Positions 1 through 8,374 of a DNA stretch of 64,000 nucleotides are shown here, in pieces (within the stretch, counting starts at the first letter, position 1; every line of letters starts with the position of its first letter). This stretch comes from an uncultured Spirochaetales bacterium (GTDB lineage: Bacteria; Spirochaetota; Spirochaetia; SZUA-6), in assembly GCA_964596425.1 (NCBI GenBank), contig CAZQTC010000031.1, forward strand, positions 73,830-137,829, in the 5' to 3' direction. The notes beneath the pieces are model-generated. The model worked only from the letters and a program-made list of their open reading frames with translations, did not search any database and was not told the DNA's origin. A program made the translations under genes and the position numbers.

Positions 1-393
1 GGTGAGAATCTGGTTAGACGGGAGGCACTAAGGAGGTATTTGGAGAATGAGAGTAGTCTTTTTTTGATAGGGAAGATACCCGAATCAGGAAATTTTTCGA
101 ATGTTTCTACGGTGTTTTATGAACCATGGTTTGAATACCTTAAGAGGGAGGGAAACTATAATTTCGGAAGTTACGTCTACAGGGGGAGGTGGGAAACGCC
201 GGATCATATCTTGCTTTTTCCTACGCTCTTTGACGGGATGGGTTTGGAATATCGAGGGGGTAATTTTCACGTAATAAAGGCATCCTTTATGCTTACCGGT
301 AGGGGATACCCCGCAAGATGGTACTGTAGAGGGAGTAAGTGCAGAGGGTATTCCGATCATTTACCGGTTATTGTTACGATTTACAGGAGGTGA
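1..393 (+). CDS. Endonuclease/exonuclease/phosphatase (EEP) family protein, C-terminal part (5' truncated by window edge)
   Basis: Frame open from position 1; ends with the EEP terminal motif GYSDHLPV. Confidence 0.8.
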   Translation, partial: GENLVRREALRRYLENESSLFLIGKIPESGNFSNVSTVFYEPWFEYLKREGNYNFGSYVYRGRWETPDHILLFPTLFDGMGLEYRGGNFHVIKASFMLTGRGYPARWYCRGSKCRGYSDHLPVIVTIYRR

Positions 394-414
394 TTCGGTT
401 GTTGGTTGATCGTG

Positions 415-1608
415 TTAGTTTCCTCCCAACATCTCTTTTAATAAGAGATGCGTGTATAATTGATGCCTGGCCAGATGAAAGGGGCTTTTCCAGTTATTTC
501 CTTTGAGGGTTAAAGCCACAGTACCATCTCTGTGCAGGTATCCGAACCACTCGCCATACTCTGGATCGGGGAAATGGTTGTATGACCATTCAAAGAGTTT
601 TTCAAACCAGATGAGGTATTTTTCCTTTCCTGTTAGATGATGTGCTAAGAGTGTGGCATACATTGCCTCGGTGTGCGGCCACCAATACTTCATGTCCCAT
701 TCGACCTGTTCGGGTTGGTAACCCTCCACATCGAGAAACGAGAACAAACCACCGTACTTTTTGTCCCAACCTAACTCCAATGACCAGTCAAGAATGGGAA
801 GCGCTCTCTCTATGAGAGTGGTATCGTTTCTGTAACGCCCCTCTGTTATTATAAACCACGCTGTTTCGATTGCGTGACCTGGATTTATACACCGTCCGGC
901 TGGGTTGTTTAAAAGTTCCCCGTTTAGACCAACAGTCTCGAGGAGGGCTTTTTTTTCGGGATGGACAAAGTATTTGAATATTTCCTCTATATAGGTATCT
1001 ATCATTGCTGTATATTTTTTTTGTTCTTCCTCATTATTACTTGCGTCCCGCATAACTTGAAGGGTAAAGATCATGCTCATTGTGGCGGAGTGTGTTCGTG
1101 TTTTGACAATGATAGGGTTATATTTGGGCTCTAATGCAACTGGTTTTTTGGATAGTTCTAGTATAGTATTTAGAACTTTCCGGGCCAGATTTAGGGCTTC
1201 CTTATTGTGGGATGCTCTGTAATACTCTGCAAAGCCTATAACTGCAAAGACCTCTGTGAATAGGTATCTTCTTCTACGTACCCACTCACCAGTTTTGGTT
1301 ACGGTGAAATATCCTCGTCCGGTTTCGTCGATTATGTGGTTCTTTAAGAACTTATATCCATGGGTTCCCAGAGTTAGCCATTTTTCATCTTTTTCAAACT
1401 CATTGTACATTCTGGAAAATAACCATGTAAGTCTCCCTTGAACCCAGCCACTTTTGTCGGTATTTAAAACCCTTCCCTGGCGGTCGAGGTAGGTAAGAAA
1501 ACCTCCATCCTTACTATCCACACATCTTGGGATCCAAAATTTCATTGTATCATTTAAAAGTTTGTCGTAGAAAAATCTTTTTAAATAATTAAGTCTCTCT
1601 TTTTCCAT
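415..1608 (-). CDS. AGE-family epimerase/isomerase (N-acylglucosamine 2-epimerase-like)
   Basis: 397 aa; motifs DGGFLTYLDRQG, QGR, GHAIETAWF, WWPHTEA, KSPFHLAR. Confidence 0.88.
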   Translation of the reverse strand: MEKERLNYLKRFFYDKLLNDTMKFWIPRCVDSKDGGFLTYLDRQGRVLNTDKSGWVQGRLTWLFSRMYNEFEKDEKWLTLGTHGYKFLKNHIIDETGRGYFTVTKTGEWVRRRRYLFTEVFAVIGFAEYYRASHNKEALNLARKVLNTILELSKKPVALEPKYNPIIVKTRTHSATMSMIFTLQVMRDASNNEEEQKKYTAMIDTYIEEIFKYFVHPEKKALLETVGLNGELLNNPAGRCINPGHAIETAWFIITEGRYRNDTTLIERALPILDWSLELGWDKKYGGLFSFLDVEGYQPEQVEWDMKYWWPHTEAMYATLLAHHLTGKEKYLIWFEKLFEWSYNHFPDPEYGEWFGYLHRDGTVALTLKGNNWKSPFHLARHQLYTHLLLKEMLGGN

Positions 1609-1736
1609 AGTGCATCATTTGCTAAAAGATATTTACAATTAATTATAGGTTAAGACGACCCTTCTGACAATTGACTGATAAGGAAAAAGCAGATAATAGA
1701 GAGTTTGGTTAAAGAGTGTTTTTAGAGAATAGTATA

Positions 1737-3164
1737 TCAATTTATTTTTAGATACATCTTGTTGTGAAATTTCACCCCTAGAAGGCGAGCTACGTATTCG
1801 AGGTGCTTTTGATAGTGTCCGTATAACACGACCCGGTGGAATCCAAAGAAGTTGTCTTCAAACTCTTTTAGTTCCTCAGCAGGGAGTTCGATTGCAATCT
1901 TTGTTCTGCAGCCCCAGGGTGAACCCTTATACTCATGTTTTACAGTTTGTGATTCGTAAGCCAGGAGGTGGTAGGTTTCGAATTCGTCCTTAATAGGCAC
2001 TTTCGGTAGTCCCATGTAGGTCATTTTTCCTTTGCCTATTAGCTTTAGAATTGTTACCGGTTGGTTTTCTTTCATCTCTACTTCCAGGCCTACCTCTGAT
2101 AATGTCTCGTTATGGGTTCTAAACCAGAAGGGGAAACTGTCTTTCCTCGTCATTCTTGTAGGAGCCGTGCAGTGAGCCATTATTACCTGATTGTTGCTTC
2201 TATCAATGGCTGGGTCTGCTTGAAACCCTGGTGCTCCTGCCAGGTAGTGGCATAGAGCTATTGTTAAAACTGTTTCTACATCGGCTTCACATCCCGCTAC
2301 GATGCCCTCATCGTTTAATTTTGAGATAGCAAGGCATGGACTGATCGGTAGTGTTTTTTCCCTTAGGTATGAGAGACAATCGATTGTGAACCCGTTGGTG
2401 TTTTTTTCTTTCATTAGTGATTTCACGGCAAGGTACATTTTAACGGCTTTAAATATGTCACTCTCCGGTGGTTCCTTTACACCTGTAGCTGTTTTCATTA
2501 TTGTGTCGAATTCTCTCTTTGCCTCGCTATCCTTTATGTTGTCGTAGTGGTTGATAAGTTCTGTCGAATCAGCATATATCAATTGTGCACCAAAATATTT
2601 CTCTATAAGCTGTGAATACCCTGGACCCTTCCACCTTGGGTCGAGCATTCTGGGGTCTATCTTTGTGTAATCATGTTTGAGGTCCCTTACTACGAGGAGA
2701 CGGAGTTTTTTTAGTTTGGAAACTGCAGTCATAGCTTCCAGTGGTTCTATCAAATCTTTGGGCTCAGAGGATGCTACAAGAACAGCCTTTGCTTGATTTG
2801 CTAGGAGTGCCGCATAGCCATCGTAGTATACACTAAAGGGCTTGGTGTATACGATAGTTGGCAAATTCTTTTCGCATAATTTGCCTATATCAGGACCTAT
2901 TGAAGCAAATTCGGAATTGAGAGGGACGATTATAAGCCCGTCAGCATTTTCCATTAGGGTGTAACTTTTATATATATCTTCATCGTTACTTACCAGTTGC
3001 CATCCAAAGAAATTGATTGTTTTATCTTTAATTTCATGGATCAGAGCTTTCAGTTCTTCTCTGATTTTTGTGATCTGTCTGTCTACCGGGAATTCTCTGT
3101 ATGGCCATCCGGCTGGCATATCTCTCTCGCCCAGGAAAGTAACGAGGATATTATAAGTTGTCAC
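1737..3164 (-). CDS. L-fucose/L-arabinose isomerase-like protein
   Basis: 475 aa; motifs GFTIDC, AGCEAD, AHCTAP, GFHRVVLYG typical of the FucI/AraA-like fold; substrate unknown. Confidence 0.75.
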   Translation of the reverse strand: MTTYNILVTFLGERDMPAGWPYREFPVDRQITKIREELKALIHEIKDKTINFFGWQLVSNDEDIYKSYTLMENADGLIIVPLNSEFASIGPDIGKLCEKNLPTIVYTKPFSVYYDGYAALLANQAKAVLVASSEPKDLIEPLEAMTAVSKLKKLRLLVVRDLKHDYTKIDPRMLDPRWKGPGYSQLIEKYFGAQLIYADSTELINHYDNIKDSEAKREFDTIMKTATGVKEPPESDIFKAVKMYLAVKSLMKEKNTNGFTIDCLSYLREKTLPISPCLAISKLNDEGIVAGCEADVETVLTIALCHYLAGAPGFQADPAIDRSNNQVIMAHCTAPTRMTRKDSFPFWFRTHNETLSEVGLEVEMKENQPVTILKLIGKGKMTYMGLPKVPIKDEFETYHLLAYESQTVKHEYKGSPWGCRTKIAIELPAEELKEFEDNFFGFHRVVLYGHYQKHLEYVARLLGVKFHNKMYLKIN

Positions 3165-3228
3165 ACCTTTTCTCCTTTCGTGTTATTCATATTTATAATT
3201 TAGACTTTTATACTTTTTTCTCTGGATG

Positions 3229-4557
3229 TCAAGAAGTTGGAGGAGAAGATTTTCCTGTTGCGAGCCTCTTTAAATCCTTTCCGAAGATAGCGAAGTATAA
3301 TGTGCCTATTATGCCAAATATGAAGGCCGTTAAGAGGTTGGTTTTAGGAGAGGCAATGGCCTGTATCCATGGAAGCAGTTTTTGGCCTATGCCTATGGTA
3401 TGAATAACCATAGCCGAGGTAGAGGCGCTCCATAGAAATGCCCCACCAAAGGCGGCAATAGAAACTACTATATCACGGATTAGATAGTAAATACCGAATG
3501 TACTTGCCTTTTTCCCCTCGGGCGCCAGATCCATTATCAGTGCTTTACGAGTGGGTTCTCCGAATTCTTTCATCCCTCGGATAATGAAAGCTACTACCAT
3601 AAGGCCAAATGAATGAGAGAATAGTAGTATTAGGGGAAAAAGTGTGAAAAATCCGAAAGTAATTACAACAAATGGCTTTTTAGTGTTTTTGTCTGCGAGG
3701 TAGGCAATGGGTATGTAGATAATCATTGCTGTAACCATTTCGATAGTCGTTAGAATCCCGAATTGAAATGGGGTAATTCCATTTAAGTTTACACACCAGA
3801 TTACAACGAAAGCGTATGGTATTTGTTCGCAAAAACGTACCAGTATGTCTGATACCAGAAGGTTTCTAAGGTTAGGGCCTATAAGACTGAGTCGTTTTTC
3901 AGTCCTGGTTTTTGTTTCTTCTCCTTTGGGTTTTTCTACCTTTATCATTATTTGTTGGATAAAGAGTGAAACACCTCCCAGGATAAGGGCAATTACAAAA
4001 GCCAGTCGTATACCGGTTTTTTCCCCGAATATTCCGATCATTATTCCCCCTAAAACCGGTCCCAATGCCATGGGAACCCTTCTTACTAAAGAGTGCATAG
4101 AGACTCCCATGGTGCGTTTGTTTTTAGGTAAGACCCTGGATACCATATCCATCGTTGCGGGTAGAGAGATGGCGGTCCAGGATAGAAAGAAAATGGCCCC
4201 TATTATTACCGCCTGCCAGTAGGGAAAGATTATTACTATTAGGTAGCCTATCATGGCTATCAAATTAAAAAGGATGAGTGCCCTCTTATATCCAAGTTTA
4301 TCACTGGCGTACCCCCCTGGGTAGGAGTATAGAGCGCTTAAGAGGTTGTCCATACCGTTTAGGAGCCCCACGGCGAAGGCACCACCACCAAGTGCAACAA
4401 GGTAGAGAGGTAAAAAGCGTTCCGCCATCTTTTCGCCGAGGCCTACCAGGATGACCATGGTGAGTAGAGCAACTATGTTTTTTTTGAGCCCTAGGAAATT
4501 GACTATCTTTTTAAACCACTTTTGGTTCGGATCTTGCTTTTTTACTTTGCTGTTCAC
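3229..4557 (-). CDS. MFS transporter
   Basis: 442 aa; about 12 hydrophobic segments; MFS motif A-like GGYASDKLGYKR and AYLADKNTKK. Confidence 0.9.
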   Translation of the reverse strand: MNSKVKKQDPNQKWFKKIVNFLGLKKNIVALLTMVILVGLGEKMAERFLPLYLVALGGGAFAVGLLNGMDNLLSALYSYPGGYASDKLGYKRALILFNLIAMIGYLIVIIFPYWQAVIIGAIFFLSWTAISLPATMDMVSRVLPKNKRTMGVSMHSLVRRVPMALGPVLGGIMIGIFGEKTGIRLAFVIALILGGVSLFIQQIMIKVEKPKGEETKTRTEKRLSLIGPNLRNLLVSDILVRFCEQIPYAFVVIWCVNLNGITPFQFGILTTIEMVTAMIIYIPIAYLADKNTKKPFVVITFGFFTLFPLILLFSHSFGLMVVAFIIRGMKEFGEPTRKALIMDLAPEGKKASTFGIYYLIRDIVVSIAAFGGAFLWSASTSAMVIHTIGIGQKLLPWIQAIASPKTNLLTAFIFGIIGTLYFAIFGKDLKRLATGKSSPPTS

Positions 4558-4592
4558 TTTTTATCTGCCTTCTTTGTGTTGTGTATGGAAGA

Positions 4593-5186
4593 TTAAGTTT
4601 TAATAATTATGTCCGAAATAATATTGGCCGCCTCGTCGCATCTATCCGCCGACCGATTTAGATGCCTGTAAATCTCTCTCATTTTCATCATGTGGCCCGG
4701 GGAATTAGTTCTGTCATCAAACAGTTTTGCCAGGGCCCCCAGGTATATGTGATTCATCTGATTCTCCATTGCCTTTGCACGTTTTGCATGTTCAAGTGCA
4801 ACGGTCGGGTGTTTTTTCATATTCTTTATTGCGTCATATATTTCAAGTGTACCCATTTTTAGAGTGTTTACAAGTTCAATAAGTTCCTCCGTTGGTTCCA
4901 CTTTGAAGATGCCAATTTCCTCTACGGTGCTTTTGGCTGCATCTATAATATCGTCTACAGCTCTGGAGAGTGTAAAGATGTCCTCTCGATCAAATGGGGT
5001 TACCAGAGCTTTGTTGAGTCGCTCGATAAGAATTCGCCGCAGATCATCTGCCTCTCTTTCCATGCTAAGAATTTTTTCAAACTTCTCTCTGTCGTTATTT
5101 TGAAGGCTTTTTGACATTTCGTCGTATGCCTCGTACACCTTCTCTGCATGTTTTTCCAGTAAGTTATAAAAATTATCCTTTTTCAT
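4593..5186 (-). CDS. DUF47/PhoU-like phosphate transport regulator
   Basis: Start reassigned to MKKDNF at 5186 (ATGA overlap with the PiT stop); motifs EREADDLRR, TPFDREDI, DRCDEAA. Confidence 0.88.
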   Translation of the reverse strand: MKKDNFYNLLEKHAEKVYEAYDEMSKSLQNNDREKFEKILSMEREADDLRRILIERLNKALVTPFDREDIFTLSRAVDDIIDAAKSTVEEIGIFKVEPTEELIELVNTLKMGTLEIYDAIKNMKKHPTVALEHAKRAKAMENQMNHIYLGALAKLFDDRTNSPGHMMKMREIYRHLNRSADRCDEAANIISDIIIKT

Positions 5187-6193
5187 GGTATACCTCCAAT
5201 AGCCTTTAGTATTTTGTATGCCCCGATACCTGCAAATGCTGCGAGGGGAATGGTTAGGACCCAGCTTATAAATATGTTGTAGATAACCTTCCACCTAACC
5301 ATCTTTTTCCTATACGCGTGTCCAACCCCGATGGCGGATGAACTTATAACCTGTGTGGTACTTACCGGTGTTCCTATTAAATTACAGGTAAGAAGAATTG
5401 AAATTGCCGATAGTTGAGCACTAAAGGAATGCACAGGGCGAATTTTAAAGATCCCATACCCCACCGTTTTTAAAATTTTTGTACCCCCCATGGTGATACC
5501 GGTTGCTAATACCGCGGCACTTACTGTCATTACCCATAGAGGTACCGTTAGTGCATTTGTCCTATTCGCTAAGAATAGAGAAAGGGCGATAAGACCCATT
5601 GCCTTCTGTGAATCGTTGGTACCATGCATTGAACCGAGCGCAGCCAGAGTGAAGATCTGGACCCGCTTAAGATACTTATTTGCCCTGGTGGTGGCTCTGC
5701 TGAGTAGGGTAGCGGTTAGTTTGTAGATGGTAAACCCTATAAAGATACCGAGTATTGGTGAGAGAATCATAGCGCCTATTATCTTTATAAGTAGTACGTG
5801 CCATGGAATGGCTTTCTTTCCCAGTTTGTAGATTACCGGGCCAATTAGCCCGCCAACCAGGGCAAAGGAGGAACTTGTTGGTAGTTTTAATGTCCATGCA
5901 AGGAGATTACAAATGATCGCCCCGATTATACCGCTAAGAATTAATCCGATGGAGGCAGGGGTATGGGGAAGCATGTTTATTTTTACTATACCACTTGCCA
6001 CGGTTAGGGCAACGGGTATTCCGAACAGGAATGGACCTGCAAACTCCGCTGTGGTAACTATCACTACGGCCCATTTTCTGGGAACGGCTCCTGATGCTAC
6101 GGCAGTTGCCATTACGTTGTTGCCGTCGTTCATTCCATTGGTGAGGGAGAAAAAGAGAATTGAGATGATAGTTACCGTTAACAGGGTTCCCAT
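5183..6193 (-). CDS. pit: Inorganic phosphate transporter, PiT family
   Basis: 336 aa; PiT signatures NGMNDGNN, PTSSS, HGTND and PVSTTQ. Confidence 0.92.
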   Translation of the reverse strand: MGTLLTVTIISILFFSLTNGMNDGNNVMATAVASGAVPRKWAVVIVTTAEFAGPFLFGIPVALTVASGIVKINMLPHTPASIGLILSGIIGAIICNLLAWTLKLPTSSSFALVGGLIGPVIYKLGKKAIPWHVLLIKIIGAMILSPILGIFIGFTIYKLTATLLSRATTRANKYLKRVQIFTLAALGSMHGTNDSQKAMGLIALSLFLANRTNALTVPLWVMTVSAAVLATGITMGGTKILKTVGYGIFKIRPVHSFSAQLSAISILLTCNLIGTPVSTTQVISSSAIGVGHAYRKKMVRWKVIYNIFISWVLTIPLAAFAGIGAYKILKAIGGIP

Positions 6194-6804
6194 TACAGGC
6201 TGCTCGCTATCATAATTTTCATTAGAATATCGTGGATTCTCTCATCTGTATCCACAATGTTTTCCAAAACATCAATGACCTTTAATTTAATCCCGTAATT
6301 TTCCCTTTCCATGAGATTCTTTGCCACTATTTCTAGGTAGTTTTTAAGGAGCTCTTTTATCTCATACCTGTTATTTTTTAGAAGTTCGTTTACATACTTT
6401 CTGTTTCTAACATACTCAGTTAGGAATTCTTTGATGTTTTCCATTACGCGGTCCTGGATAACGAAGAAACTTGAGAGGTTAAGGGAATCTTCAACCATGT
6501 TTCTCTTGTTTATAAAGAGTGTCAGAAGCGAGAAGATTTTTTTTATCGCAATGTAGAGATCAAAAATTTCTTCCCAGTAGAATGGTGTTACATACTCTTG
6601 CTCTATTACCTCAAGGAAGTGTTGGTAATTTTTCTCTAATTCCGATTCTATGGAGACTACAAGATTGATCTTCCCCGTAATGTCTGTGTTGTTCTCATCG
6701 GAAGCTATCTCACGGATTAATTTTACTACGTAGTCAATCTCTTCTATAACGCTTTTTTCAATTTCGGTTCTCCTTTTAACCAGTGATTTAATTCCCAGTT
6801 TCAT
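6193..6804 (-). CDS. Divergent DUF47/PhoU-like protein
   Basis: 203 aa helical protein; YVTPFYWEEIFDL resembles the DUF47 TPFDREDI motif; coupled to pit. Confidence 0.6.
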   Translation of the reverse strand: MKLGIKSLVKRRTEIEKSVIEEIDYVVKLIREIASDENNTDITGKINLVVSIESELEKNYQHFLEVIEQEYVTPFYWEEIFDLYIAIKKIFSLLTLFINKRNMVEDSLNLSSFFVIQDRVMENIKEFLTEYVRNRKYVNELLKNNRYEIKELLKNYLEIVAKNLMERENYGIKLKVIDVLENIVDTDERIHDILMKIMIASSL

Positions 6805-6843
6805 TACAGCCCTCCTATTTGTATAGTTTATGTCTAATAAATA

Positions 6844-6860
6844 AGCAAAAGATATGCCAG
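6844..6860 (-). promoter_or_regulatory. Sigma-54 (-24/-12) promoter of the DUF47-pit-DUF47 operon
   Basis: Minus strand reads CTGGCATATCTTTTGCT (GG-N10-GC, matches YTGGCACGNNNNTTGCW), 40 bp upstream of the ATG; SD AGGAGG follows. Confidence 0.75.
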
Positions 6861-6959
6861 GAGATTTGCCTGCTAGATGTTGATTTACTCTTTGTGTGAT
6901 AAAGAATTATAGATGAGCAAAAGAGATTGCCCGGTGAGGTGTGGTTTTTTGTTAATTTG

Positions 6960-6978
6960 TTTTACAGGGGGTGTAAAA
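6960..6978. promoter_or_regulatory. Candidate upstream activator sequence (enhancer) for the sigma-54 promoter
   Basis: Perfect inverted repeat TTTTACA-GGGGG-TGTAAAA about 100 bp upstream of the -24 element. Confidence 0.55.
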
Positions 6979-6989
6979 TTGTTTAACTA

Positions 6990-8363
6990 TCATTGGTTTT
7001 CCAATTTTTTCTGCAGCGTTACTCTACTTATACCCAATGCTTTTGCTATTGCTGTTTTGTTGTTCCCTAGTTTTTCTTTTAAGCGTTCGATTAGTTTCTG
7101 CTCCAATTTCTCATTCATAATGCCTAAGAGATTTTCCCTTCCAAAGTATTTCTCCATAAACTTATCTACAAAATCTTCGAAGATATCTCCTGTCTCTCCC
7201 TTTGATATCAGTTTTCTTACCTTGTCTTCATGAATTATACCCCCATCGGCATTTATGCATAGATTTGTTATTACGTTTTCCAGTTCTCGTACGTTACCCG
7301 GCCAATCGTAGTCTAGCATCATTTTTAACGCTCCCCTGGAGATACCCTTTATCTCTCTGTCTAATTTTTTTCGTACATTTTCGATAAAATAGTTTACGAG
7401 TTCGGGTATATCTCCTTTTCTCTCCCTTAGGGGAGGGACGTTAATAGTTGCCACGTTTAATCTGTAATACAAATCCTCTCTAAACTCTCCGCTTTTTACC
7501 CGGGCTTCCAGATCTCTGTTGGTGGCAGAGATAATTCTGGCCTTTAACGGGATGTTTTTTATCCCACCCAATCTCTGAAATTCCTTTTCCTGGAGGACTC
7601 TTAGGAGTTTTGTCTGTATGGGTAGAGGCATATCCCCGATCTCATCAAGAAATATTGTGCCCTCTCCCGCGGCCTCGAATTTTCCTATCTTCCTTGTGTA
7701 TGCTCCGGTGTAAGCTTGAGCCTCATGTCCAAAGAGTTCGTTATCAAGCAGTGTTTCGGATAGACCCGAACAGTTTACCGCAAAGAAAGGCTCGTTTTTC
7801 CTGTTTCCGTTGTAGTGGATAGCCCTTGCTATTAGTTCTTTACCGGTACCGCTCTCCCCCCTTATGAGAACCGTTACATCATTGTCCACAAGTTTCCCTA
7901 TCTTCTTAAAGAGATTCTGCATAGCCTGGGAGTGTCCTATTATCCGGTTGAGGTTATAGTTTTTGAGGTGTTCGTCTCTTACATACTCAACATACTTGGT
8001 CATCTTTTTGAGCTGGAGAACTCGTTTTGTGATAATGCTGATTCTTTCGATATCCAATGGTTTTTCCATGTAATCGTAGGCTCCTATAGAGGTAGCCTGA
8101 ATTATTGTTTCGAAGTCCCCAAAGGCAGATATCATTATTATGTAGATATTGGGATCACGTTTTTTTATCTCTTTTAAAATGGTAAGGCCATCTTCACCGG
8201 GCAGTCTATAGTCTAGAAAGACAATGTCAATCTCATTCTCGTTAATCAAATCCAGGGCTTCGGTTCCGTTGTATGCCCCCAATACCTCGTGTTTCCCTTT
8301 GAAAAGTTGTTTGAAACTCTCTATAATATTTCTATCATCATCAACTACAAGTATCTGGGCCAT
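6990..8363 (-). CDS. NtrC-family sigma-54-dependent response regulator (REC-AAA+-Fis HTH)
   Basis: REC VVDDD/LDYRLP; Walker A GESGTGKE; FLDEIGD; WPGNVREL; C-terminal HTH; GAFTGA loop reads QAYTGA. Confidence 0.95.
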   Translation of the reverse strand: MAQILVVDDDRNIIESFKQLFKGKHEVLGAYNGTEALDLINENEIDIVFLDYRLPGEDGLTILKEIKKRDPNIYIIMISAFGDFETIIQATSIGAYDYMEKPLDIERISIITKRVLQLKKMTKYVEYVRDEHLKNYNLNRIIGHSQAMQNLFKKIGKLVDNDVTVLIRGESGTGKELIARAIHYNGNRKNEPFFAVNCSGLSETLLDNELFGHEAQAYTGAYTRKIGKFEAAGEGTIFLDEIGDMPLPIQTKLLRVLQEKEFQRLGGIKNIPLKARIISATNRDLEARVKSGEFREDLYYRLNVATINVPPLRERKGDIPELVNYFIENVRKKLDREIKGISRGALKMMLDYDWPGNVRELENVITNLCINADGGIIHEDKVRKLISKGETGDIFEDFVDKFMEKYFGRENLLGIMNEKLEQKLIERLKEKLGNNKTAIAKALGISRVTLQKKLENQ

Positions 8364-8374
8364 TGTTTTTCCCT

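Noticed and set aside
6915-6931. Second sigma-54-like element (GGCAATCTCTTTTGCT on the minus strand)
   Set aside because: GG-GC spacing is 11 rather than the obligatory 10; at most an imperfect duplicate of the real site.
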